Shown: piece by piece, positions 38,686-49,889 of the stretch
Position numbering within the stretch: the stretch's first letter is position 1
Layout: the number at the start of each line of letters is the position of its first letter
Assembly (NCBI RefSeq): GCF_964194025.1
Contig: NC_134477.1
Coordinates: 30,442,001-30,506,000 of the forward strand
Length of the DNA stretch: 64,000 nucleotides
Direction of reading: 5' to 3'
From: Convolutriloba macropyga
Taxonomy: Eukaryota
Position numbers and translations under genes: made by a program
Notes under the pieces: generated by a model
What the model was told of the DNA's origin: nothing
The model's database searches: none
The model's input: the letters and a program-made list of their open reading frames with translations, nothing else

Positions 38686-39910
38686 TGCAATGGAATCAAA
38701 CTGGAAAGTCTCTCATTTATCAATCGCAGTTAACGATTTGATAGAAAATTTTGACCGTGAAACATGGGAATTATCTCTCAAGAGAATATGTGCGCGTTAC
38801 AATTTGGATGTCAAAGTAGTAAAGTTTGTGTGTGGTGAAAATTGCTATTTGTGGACAGTGGTTGCTGTTTTTGATCTGTTCGACAGTTTTGCCATCTTTC
38901 GCAAAGACGTAGACGTCCGCATTGAAATGTATTCTTTGGAACTGAACGAACATGTCGCATTGAAAGATTCTAATTGGCAAAGTAGCCGGAGTCTCGAGTC
39001 GTGTAAGACGTTGGAATTGTACTGCCCACCGCATTTGCTTGACACGATGTCTGCAAGGGAAAAGATTAGTTATTTTACCAACTTGACTAATTTGTATCTC
39101 TTTTCGAGGATTGACATTGATCTGGAGGACTTGAGATGTTTGAAATTTCTCTCGAGGTTATATTCTACGAGACTTCACTACAGTGTGTCGACCTCGGCGA
39201 GGGAGCAAATAGTTTTCCTGTTTTTGAGGGAGCTGATATTGTTCGATTGCTCTGCTTTTTCGCAAAGTGATTTGCCAAAAATTATTGCGCAAATATTTCC
39301 AAACTTGGAGACATTCTGTTTTGATTCAATATATAAGAACTTTTCAACAGAACGCGATATTTGGGGCAAGCTTCCGTCTCATTGTGTTAATCTAAATATT
39401 TCGGCATACTATTTACAATGCTTTTCAAACAACTGCTCTATCAATAATCTTAAGGTTGACTGCACCCTTTTTTCTGACAAATTTGCCGAATTTATCCTTG
39501 ATTCTAAGCGGATTTTGAGGAGTATATCGATAGCGATTACGATGTCAAATATTCAAAGTGATCAGTTTTTAGCGTTTTGTCTGGACGTATTGAAAAGACA
39601 AAGCAGTTTGCAGCTGTTCTCTGTGATTCTTTTATCTTCCGAAAGACCTGAAGAACTGCGAAAGTCTTTATCGACGTGGATTGTTAGCAATAAAGAATTT
39701 CTGGACTCTTTGGAGAATTTAAAGGCTTTTTTGTTCAACCAATATTACATTGTACTTCGGGATACTTTAAATGCCTCGGATGTTGATTTCATGTTATATA
39801 TGGACAGCAACTTTGAGTGGATGTTTCGCAAGCAACACGCTGGACTCTCAAACCGAAGTGTACCTTTTTCACAGATGAATTGGGAACACGAATTTAACAG
39901 TATGGCGTGA
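38686..39910 (+). CDS. F-box protein exon 2 with degenerate leucine-rich repeats (joined product about 485 aa)
   Basis: Open frame over 400 codons in AT-rich DNA, with LRR-like stretches (FTNLTNLYL, FLRELIL, FPNLETFCF). TAG acceptor ending 38685 gives ...LLRFAMESNWK. Junction is inferred. Confidence 0.7.
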
Positions 39911-42900
39911 TTGTGTCCTTACTGCCAGAGACGTAAAGGAAAAATTTTACAATGAATTTTGTTTCCTTGTGAGGTAAAAAACACGAGTTTTACAATCGAT
40001 TTGTGTCTTGCGTTTCGTGATGTCAATTTCTATCGTGAGTTCTTTGCTTTAAATCATTTTTACTCCAGGCGTACCGCGAGCGTTCTCTCCTTTAAAAACG
40101 GAAAATTTATCTGTTAGAGAGATTGCGTATGGACAACAGTGTCAAATAGACGGCCAATTGTCACTCTTCTCTAAGCAAATTTATTTCTCTCTTTCAGAGT
40201 AATCCGTGTTTAAAGAACAACGGCATCAAAAAAATTCAGTCAAGATCGAAAAGAGAAATCGAAATACTAATAGAATAAAACCATGAATATTTTTATACCT
40301 ATAATTTTTTTAATTTATTCTTTCATAGCTCGCTAAGCGAGCTATTACTGACCGTCTCTTCGTTTGTTATGAATTAGAGACGCGTGTTGGTTTTCTCAAT
40401 TTTCCGGAGCTGGAGCTTTTTGCTCAGGACCTGAAATTCTGGTTAATTGCTTTCGAACATTCACTCATGTGGTCGAGTATTGACTTTGATATCAAACGTT
40501 GACGTCCGTCTTTTAATGTTGACTGTCGGGGCACTGTTGTCGGGGAGATTAATTTGCACGCTTTTGGAAGTCTAATTTGCACGCTTTTTCACCTTTTAAA
40601 ATTTCTTGTGTTTTGAAGCATTGTCCATATTATTTAATTCCAGTTCTCAATAGTACTTTTTGGCGGCCTGCCTGATTATAATTAATGATAACAATTCGCA
40701 TTGAAAAGAGGTATTTTTTCCTCTTTCGAATTTTTTATGCTGATGAAGATTTCCTCCTGCGAAGCGACAGTTTTTCAAAACAGATTATTTCACTTTTTAA
40801 AAGTAGTTCTAACATATTTTCTCTCTATTTGGCTCTGTTTTCCATATTGTTGACAGCTTTCTGGAGTTCTAATTTTAAAAAACATATCTCGGACTTCAAT
40901 TGTTCTTCTCTATTTTTCAGAATCATTATAAGTTCGTTTTTACGGATAATAAGAGTGAAAAACTGAAATTTGCTTTACGCCGGTTGGTTTAATACAAAAC
41001 TTCCGAATCTTGAGTTTACTGTAATTTTATTTGGTATTTGAACAATCAATTTTTGAGTTTTTCAGTTTCTTATATCAAAAGTCGTACAACTGACTTCAAT
41101 CGTGAAAAAATCAATTCTGGTGATTAATAAAAGGCGTATGACATTTCAATAAGATTATGTAACAAACATTTACTAGACAGGGAGGAATCTGTGGACGATC
41201 CCATTTTACATGATGATGGACTACTTACATAATAATGAAAATTGTTTCACATGCTAGTAGTTCCATTACAAAAAATCAGAATCAATAATAATGAACAGAA
41301 ATTATCAATGCAATTGCGTTATAGCTAAGTATATTCTATTTACATAAACAACAATGATGTCTAACTGTATGAATAGCCATTTGTAATAATTCAGACAAAT
41401 TAATTACAGTTGAAACTGCTAAAGCAGAGTTAAGGAAAACATTGTTGATGTCATAAGCATGCAAAAGAGTAAAAAATTATTTTATTTTAATATGAATTGC
41501 CTATGCGTTGATTATATGATGAATATTGTATCTTAATACCTATCCAAATACTTATTTGATGATTTCAAGTTTTTTAGGCAATATTTACATAACGATCAAG
41601 TTCATAAGGTTGAGGTGTGACCTTGTTGCGGTTTTTTTGCGTTTTTGGTTTTTTGCTGCGGTCACATGCGATTTTATACTGCTCTGAAAACTGAGACTTT
41701 AAACAATAAAAAAGTTCAAGTGGGATTAATTTCGAGCTAAAGGTCTAAATAAAAAAACTCATCTAAGGATGGAAATTTGGCATTTTCCTTGTCAAAAAAC
41801 TCACGACAGATGTGAACCTGTGGATATACCTAAACGAGTGCAGGTTAATCTAACTTTGAAAACAACCTACATTTGGGGGTCTGACTACTGTCCTTGAGGA
41901 TTTAGAGCACTTCAAGGTTGCAACGTGTAAGACTGCAAGTGTAAGACAGCAAGAACACCCGTGTATGATTGCAAGTGATTAAACTCATTGTCAGGTCAAA
42001 TTAAAATTTTGAATTTTGGAACAATTTTACTGCGAGGAAAAATAGCATATATCAAGGTCATTGGCTTTTTATCGATAAATTGACAAAAATTGGGATAAAA
42101 TTTCCGCTACATGTATAGTTAGAGATATGAAAGTGCTTAAACATGCATGTTGGGTATCAGCAGGGAATACAAGAATACATAAATGCTATAAGCCAATTAG
42201 ACAATTGTCGAATGAAAGAAACTGAATTTTATGTTTATTTGTTTCAAGATCGCAAGAATCGTTTTTCCAGGAAACACATTTTACATTTTTAAAAAAATTT
42301 TTCATTTATTATTGATGAACGTTTCGTCTTTCTGTCAGAAGCTCTGAAATTCTCTCGTAAGGTATATCGTCTTTCTTTTTACCCTTCTTGTCCGTAGCTT
42401 ATGTTTCTATCAATTTTTTTGAGTTTGAAATTTTTAGATTTGATTCTCATATTCTAATAATATTTGTTCTCGGATTGTTAAATTAAAACAACAGCCTAAA
42501 ACTAAAACCGTTTCATCAAGTACCTCAAAAAAATTATATGCATAAGCTACGAAAATTTTCTTATTAATATGCATAGAAAAACATCTCTCAAGATGTGAAG
42601 AAGAAAGCTGAGCTGTTTATTATTCAAATCGCATTTTAATACTGGTACTTCGTAAAATTTAGTCTGATATGCAATTTTAATGCTCTATTTTTTTTGAAAG
42701 CTATCAGAGATAGCATTTTTGGAGCAATTGAGACGCCATCTGTTTTGAAAAGGCAAATCAACTTCGATATGTTTTGCCCGCTCTTCAGCTCTCATGAAAT
42801 TTTGTTGTAACAATTTTATCATGTTGTGTGGGTTCTTCACTAAGGTTCTTAGGTCAGTCTGTGTATTAGCGTGGTTTTTGATACAGTTATACCACCAATG

Positions 42901-44741
42901 TGTATTTAAACTTCTTCTCAGTTGGGTAACCTCATTTGCTTTGTGGTTAACTGAACTCGTCAGTACTCATTAAATCAATCAGTTAGTCAGAATGGCATTT
43001 TTGTTTTCCTTTGCTTGAATTGTATTCCAGGTTTTCTCCGGGTTTTTGTATGACTTTCTCAAATAGAACTATTCGTTTCACCTGCTTTTTTGCCGCTGAT
43101 AATATAACCCAGATAATCGAAATAATTATGACATTAAAAATGGTTTCACTTTCCAGTATTTTGCAGTTCTGAAGCAAAGTGATGCGGCTACAAGAAGCTT
43201 GGAACGAGAAGCGTTTCTGGGATTACACTTGTGGAACCGCTGTTTCCCTAATGATATTTGGGTTCGTTTTTGATTATCTAGATAGAGCGTGAAAACATTG
43301 TTTTATCAAAATTATTTTAACTTCTGCAGCCACTGTTACTAGTGTTTTGGACTAAACCGTTTTTGCTGAGAAAGTGGCGAGTATCACAAACATTTAACTT
43401 GTAATCAAAAGTAATCGATTTGACTTTTGAACTGTTAAAAACTGCAAAAGAGTTAATTTTGCGAAGAGTTAATGAAAAAGACTGATTAAGAGCAATCAAA
43501 ATTGTCAATAGTGCAAAAAATTTCAGACTTAAGGGGTCCGTGTTGTTTCAACACGTGTTAGGAAAACACTTTTGATAATATTCATCATAATTTATAGTGC
43601 AACTGCTTATTTCGTAATTGAATGTTACGCAGGTTTTTTGGTTCCTCTGAAAACTCAAGTTTTTCTCCCTGTTGTTTGTTTCAAACTTCAGCTAAATAAC
43701 TCAGCTTTTTTCTAACAGCTTGATAAAACAATTGTTGTTTCTAAATGTCATTTTGATATAATGATATATGCTATGCTTTCGAAAGCGAATGTGGGAACAT
43801 TCTGTGCCACGCACTGAACAAGCGAGCCTTCTTGTTTTAATTTGGCTAATGACAGTCAACTGAGGAAACCTCACTCTAGTTTGAAGTTGTTTTATTTAGT
43901 TCGTCAATTGTTCTAAATTAATTTGTGATGTAACGGTCTGCTATTTAAACTTATTTTGTTGGTTTTGAGGTTGATTTTTTGGTTTTGTTTTTCATTGGTG
44001 TTTTCAGACTGAAGGTTTGCGATTCCATAGATTTTTCTGGCCATTTGATGGCTTTGTGCATTTATTTCAAAGTCTGTTTATTCCAAATCATAAGGGATAC
44101 GAATGCTATTAGGGGGCACATGCTGTTAATGACGGAGGCTTGCTCTGAGGTCCTCTAATTGTTTACTACTGGAACACAAAATTTCTGGCAAGACCGTTTT
44201 TTGACATATAGCACCAATAAATAACTTAGAATTCAACTTAGCAGCAATTAGAACGTTTTTTCCGTACCCGCTTTAGTAAAAGCTAAGGAAAAACGCCGTA
44301 CAAAATTAACAGCAGTAGTTATCATTGGGTCACTGCAGTTTCATCCGTTAATCATTCATTCATTTTTTTTGGTTGATCATGTGCTACGGGGGGTCATTGC
44401 GAACTTCATCACCATTGATGTGGGTTTAGAAACTTATTCCTGAACTCAGAAGTTAATTTGTTCGAGGTGCATCTCATATGTCCAAACATCAATACGATAC
44501 AGTAAATCAAGTTGATAAATCTAGTTCATTAGAGGAACGGATTTGGTAGAGAAGCCCTTGCTAAAGGAGAGCAGTATGTTGAAGCATGAAGAAGAAAAAG
44601 TAACAACGGTTCTGAAAGGAGCTCCGTATTTTGTCGTTCAAGCAAAAATGATCGCGGACTCTTAAATGAGCTCAGTTCGAGACGCAATGGTCAATGGATA
44701 AAGTACATGAGAGACGACGTGATCTAGCTGATTATAAATGA

Positions 44742-45263
44742 TTAATTGCTTTCAAGCGAAGTTTGTAGCAATTATATTGTCCCGTGGTCTTGACCGATTT
44801 AATGCGATTTTTCGCTTGACCGATTTTTCGTCTGACGTTTTTTTTGTTTCTCCTCGAAGAGGGGATAAACAGGTGAAGCCCGGAGAGCATTTAGTGACTG
44901 AGCAGCTCTCTTGGAGCCTTATGCATTACTAGTCTCTAAGTATGCGATTCGCCAAAAAATATTTTGAGGAGACAAATTCAGAAGGGCGGCCTAATCTTCG
45001 AAGTGTGACCCCCGACTCACACGACCCCCGCCCACCCTCCTTCGCCTCATTTGGATCCCCTCTTGTGCAGCCCTCCTAACCCCTCCTCATCCTCCCCTCC
45101 CTCCCTCCCCCCCCCCTCCTTGACCCCCGCGCACCACTTGAGCTACTCTGCGCGCGCCCTGCCCTCTGATACTAGCATCCCTAAGCCCCAGCTGACGACT
45201 GGCGAAGCCAACCGCTCGCAGGTCGTTTGAGAGCAATTGGCCCGACGTTAGTTGGTTATATTT
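44742..45263 (+). mobile_element. Family A element, C-rich subfamily, apparently full length
   Basis: AATTGCTTTCAAGCGA (44744-44759) vs TCGTTTGAGAGCAATT (45223-45238), 14/16 inverted match; 5' partial inverted repeat AGCAATT; 3' CCGAC-GTTA-GTTGG-TTATATTT. Confidence 0.7.
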
Positions 45264-45594
45264 TGTTGTTTTTTTAGCCATCATCCCTTTCACGGAGAAG
45301 CTATCTTGGTGCGGGGTTGGTCTTCTTGGCAGCTGCTTATAAGTTCATTAGCTTTTTATCAGTGGAGCTCATAACTTCTCTAACGTCTTCTAAATATTGA
45401 TATTTTTACATATGTTTTTGGATTTTGGGAATAGTTCAATCTATAACAACGCGTATTTTTTCACAAGCTGTTCATTCAATGCTTTGCTAAATGAAATATT
45501 TTGCTTTAGTAAAAATTCCTTGTCCGTGGCTATTTGCTTCTCTTGATTTTCGTGGTCAAGATATAATAAATATACTTTTTCAGAATTATTTAAA

Positions 45595-46527
45595 ATGCAG
45601 GGATTTTTGACTGGCTACCAGACAAATCGTGACAAGATTGCATCTGCGGAGGGAGATGCAGCAGCTAGCAAAACTCTGTTCTCCAAGAGCTCAAATCAAA
45701 GCTCAACTTCGGCTACTGAAAAACCGTGGGTTGAGAAATATCGACCTAAAACCATTGATGATATAGCGCACCAAGAGGAAGCTGTGAAAGTTCTGAAAAA
45801 CTTGATCCAAAACCCTGCTGGTTTCCCAAATTTACTGTTTTATGGAAAACCGGGAACTGGAAAAACGTCCGCAATCCTAGCCGTTGCCAGGCAATTGTTC
45901 GGGAGTTTGTACAAAGAAAGGGTTCTGGAACTGAACGCTTCTGACGAGCGCGGGATTCAAGTCGTCCGTGAAAAGGTGAAAACCTTCTCACAGCTAGCTT
46001 GTTCATCTACTTTAAGAAGCGATGGAAAATACGCGCCAGCTTTCAAGCTTGTGATTCTTGACGAAGCAGATTCGATGACGACAGCTGCGCAATCAGCTTT
46101 GAGGAGAACAATGGAGAAGCAATGCAAAAATACTCGGTTCTGTTTGATTTGTAACTACGTCAGCCGAATTATTGACCCAATAACGTCTCGTTGTATGAAA
46201 TTCAGATTCGAAAGCTTGCCAGAAGATGTTATGATTAAACGTTTGCAGCAAATAGCCGAAAATGAGAAGCATATTAAGGTTGCTGGACCTGAAGTTTATA
46301 AAGAGATCATTCGAGTTATCGAAGGTGACTTGCGAAAGTCGATCACATTGCTTCAAAGTGCTTCACGTTTTGCGGATGAAATTACTGTTGAGACTATTTC
46401 TGAATTAGCAGGTGTGGTTCCGGATGAAGTAATTGACAACTTCATTTCGGCCACGAAGCAGTCGAAAATTACACAATTGCAGACGATTGTGAATGACGTA
46501 ATTTTGGACGGATTTCCAGCCAATCAG
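45595..46527 (+). CDS. RFC4: Replication factor C subunit 4 (37 kDa; yeast Rfc2 orthologue), exon 1
   Basis: PWVEKYRPK, Walker A GKPGTGKT, LELNASDERGIQVVREKVK, Walker B LDEADSMT, SRC motif; CAG|GTAACT donor at 46528. Confidence 0.93.
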
Positions 46528-46669
46528 GTAACTTAGATTTTATTGAACCTTTTTGATGATAAGTTTATTATTAAGCGGTCATTACTTTTTCCTTTGCATT
46601 TTTCTATGGTTTTTATTCCAAAAGGGACAAAAACGAGGAGTCACGCTCATAAGTTAAATGACAGCTGAA

Positions 46670-47900
46670 CAGTTATTTACAAATTAAGGTATGAATTAAC
46701 CTTAACCTATTTAAAAATTTCAATTGACATCTATTGGTTTTCATTAAATAAAAGTATTTGTTTTTTAAAAAAAAACACGTTTTTTTTAAGTTTGCCCTCT
46801 TGGTTCTTTTTGTCTACTTGTTACCTAATGTCATTGTTCAGAGGTCAGATGCGACAATTTTGGTATTCAATGAAGGTGCCAGCGGTATTATTTTTAAGGA
46901 AGAGATCAGGGTTTTACCGGCTCGGACACCGTTTGCGTGCAAATTTTTATGGAGTTCTTGTTAATTGCTCTTGAGCGAAGTTCATAGCAATTATTGTAAA
47001 CGTGTGTCTTTTTTATCCAAAATTTTTGCTTGATGGTTTTGACTTTTCGAGTGACTTTTACGCCCCTGACTTATTGCGTTTCGCGTGATCTAAAAATGCC
47101 ACTCAATCACAATTTCAAGCAGCTTAACTCAATTGGCGGCAATTTAATACTCAAAATCAAATGAAAAGTGCGCCGAAACTGGCGCCATTTTTTACTTTGA
47201 ATCTTAATAGTGGTATATATTCACCTCTAATGCGGTTATTCGAAGCGCACTATTGAACTTCTGAGTCCCATTTCGCCTTGCACCTCCCTCCTTCCCCCCC
47301 CCCCCCGACTGAAGCAGGCTGCAATTAATTAAAACTCCCACTAGTCGTTGAAGAGCAATTCTTCCAACGTTTAGTCGGTTATGTTTTTTTGTAGACGTAC
47401 GACACATTCTGGATAATGACAGGTTCCACTGCAATTATATTAAGGTGTGAATTAACCTTAATTTTAAAAAAAGGATTCAGTTGATATTTTAAATTTTTTG
47501 TTAATTGAAAGTGTTTGTTTTCAACAAAAGCAAACGTTTTTTAAAAAAATTTTCTTTGTTCTTTTTTTCACTACGTTTAACCTGGCCCCATTATTTAGAG
47601 GTCACGTGGCTCATTTTGGTGTTCAAAGAAAGCGCAGTTGATTGTCTTATTTTTTGCTGAATTGATTATGGTTTTAACGGCTTCAACGCTGTTTTCTTGT
47701 AAACTTTAATGGACGTCTTTTGTCTGAATTTTTTGTTTTTGTAGACGTACGACAAATTCTGGATAATGACAGGTCTCAATATCTTCATATTGGGGTATGA
47801 ATGAAAATTATCCTATTTAAAATTTTCAATTGAAATCTAATGGTTTTATTAATTTTATTACGTTGTTTTAACTTTGCCGTGTTTTTGCCCACTTGTTACC
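46670..47900. repeat. Degenerate tandem repeat of about 350 bp (three partial copies) interrupted by the family A element
   Basis: AAGGT(A/G)TGAATTAACCTTAA at 46686 and 47442; TTTTTGTAGACGTACGACA.ATTCTGGATAATGACAGG at 47386 and 47736. Confidence 0.6.
46961..47386 (+). mobile_element. Family A element, full length, in RFC4 intron
   Basis: AATTGCTCTTGAGCGA (46963-46978) vs TCGTTGAAGAGCAATT (47345-47360), 14/16 inverted match; 3' hairpin then TTATGTTT. Confidence 0.7.
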
Positions 47901-48399
47901 GATTCTCATTAAGGGTTGTTCCCATGTTTTTTCTTGTGATGTATGATTTAATTTGTTAAGTTTAGGTTTTATTCGACGTTAGTTTGACTTCGGTATCATT
48001 TATTTTTTTTCAAAAATGTTCTGGATGTAATTGTGGCATTGTTTCTAGGAAATTATTTTAGGTGCAAGCAATTTTGTTTTCAGCCCAATTTTTACGATGA
48101 ACTTAGTAAATAGTCTCCACTTGCTCGTGGGAGGCTATTTAATTTCGTTTCAGCTTGTGTGATTTCCTTTATTGTGTATTCAGTTGCCGGGCATTGTTTT
48201 TGGGTAGCCCTAATTACCAAGGACTTTAGATTCCGGCGGAAGAATGAAATCTTCGAGAAATATTTATTTGCTTACTGCGTGGAAGCATTTGGCGTGAGAT
48301 TTCTCCGCATCTGCTTGATCTGCGTGATACGGTTTTCAAACCTCTCACAACATAAAGAAGGACATAATTATACACAATTGACAGCATTCAACAACTGAA

Positions 48400-49885
48400 A
48401 AGAATGCCCGGTAAAAGGAAAAATTTAAAATGAAAACTCTCCATGCGGCCTATGTGAAGATGAATATACCTACTGCTGCTGTATCATTGGGGAAGGTCAA
48501 GGGCCTATTCTGTAAGTGTGAAACGTGCATTCTTTCACCACCAAAAGAGCAAGAAAAATTCAAAGATTGTATAGAAAAACAAGTTGAAGCTATCTCAAAA
48601 CAGCTGACAGAGTTTAAAGAAGAAATGATTGCCCTGAAAAAGGCAGATATTCCGGGATGAATGGGAAATAAAGGACCGGGGATGAATGGCGTACGCAATA
48701 ACAGCGTACCAGAACCAAACGACCTGACCTCACCAGAACCAAACGACTCGACGAACAGAAACTTCTCAAAAAGAGAAGAGAGCTCATCGAAGATGGAAAC
48801 CCTCGCGAATCTCTGAAAATCAAAAACATAACTCTCTATCTAAATAACGAAAAATTGGAATTTTGACTAGAGTCGAGCTCCAACCATCCTCCTGATAAGT
48901 GCTAGGCCTATCAAAAAGTAAGATGGAATGAGTAATTTCGTACTGGATATGAGTGGAACGCATCCAAATATCTGCGTTATTACTGTGTTTAACCAAGAAA
49001 CTCTGTTTAACCAAGATTTGAATGATGAGTTTTTCAAAGTAAGTGGTTACTGTCTCTTACAAAAGGATCGGCATTTCAGAAATAAGGAATAAATCTCGAG
49101 CAGGAGCAGTATGTGTGTATGCCAAAAGCAGCCTGTCATATTCTATTTGGCAACCCATACTGACTTGCCTGAAAACATGGACTGCGTATTGGAACACCTA
49201 TTTATAATAAAGTTTTTTACATCGGTGTATATTACCCCCCTGTGTCAAATAAAGAGTTTTTGACTGATGATGATTCAATACAGAGAAGCAGCACTCCGAT
49301 TCAACAACGCAGTTGTCCTTATTGGCGGTGACTTCAACATTTTCAAAGATAATGCGTTTTTGAGTCCATTGTGATGTGCAACCAATAGCATCTGCGGTCA
49401 CGAGAAGTAAAACTTTGGATAAATTATTTGCCAGCGAGCCTGATCTGTATACATCAGAGACACTCAACTTGCATCTAAGGTCCGACCTCAAAAGAGTACT
49501 TTATAAACCTGTCAAAAACCCAAGAGTTCGAGGACCACCCATTCCTTTAGATGGACACAAACCTCAAAGCGTCTACAATTCAGCGTAGCCTTAGAAACCT
49601 TGAAATGTTTTGAATGTCGTGAAAAGATGCAGGCCCCTCAGTAATGTATAATAACTTCAACAGTTTATTGCGCGAGCTCCTCGGCACACATTGCCCTGTG
49701 AAAACTGTCAAAATATCCAGCAGAGACCCAGCCTACTCTTATCTACAGTATCTCCTGAGACAGAAAAACAAGTCACGAAGTAGCACCAACGTCAAAAAGC
49801 TCAATTCAGAAATACGCAGAGAAATGACTCAATCACTGGAAGAGTTCGCTCCGAATTCCAAGTCGTGATGGTCACTAGTAAAAAA
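48400..49885 (+). mobile_element. Degenerate LINE, 5' half (ORF1 remnant plus APE endonuclease)
   Basis: ORF1-like CKCETC, coiled coil and RPDLTR...LLKKRRELIEDG...LKIKN; APE motifs GYCLLQKDR, IGVYYPP, LIGGDFN, TRSKTLDKLF. Confidence 0.75.
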
Positions 49886-49889
49886 AGAA

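Noticed and set aside
38126-38691. GCAAT direct repeat as the TSD of an insertion splitting the F-box gene
   Set aside because: Precise removal leaves a frameshift, while a GT-AG intron 38123-38685 restores the frame.
12684-46356. Antisense or alternative-frame ORFs over real exons (e.g. 12684-13040, 13402-13650, 31558-31770, 45746-46006)
   Set aside because: Shadows of coding sequence with no recognisable motifs.
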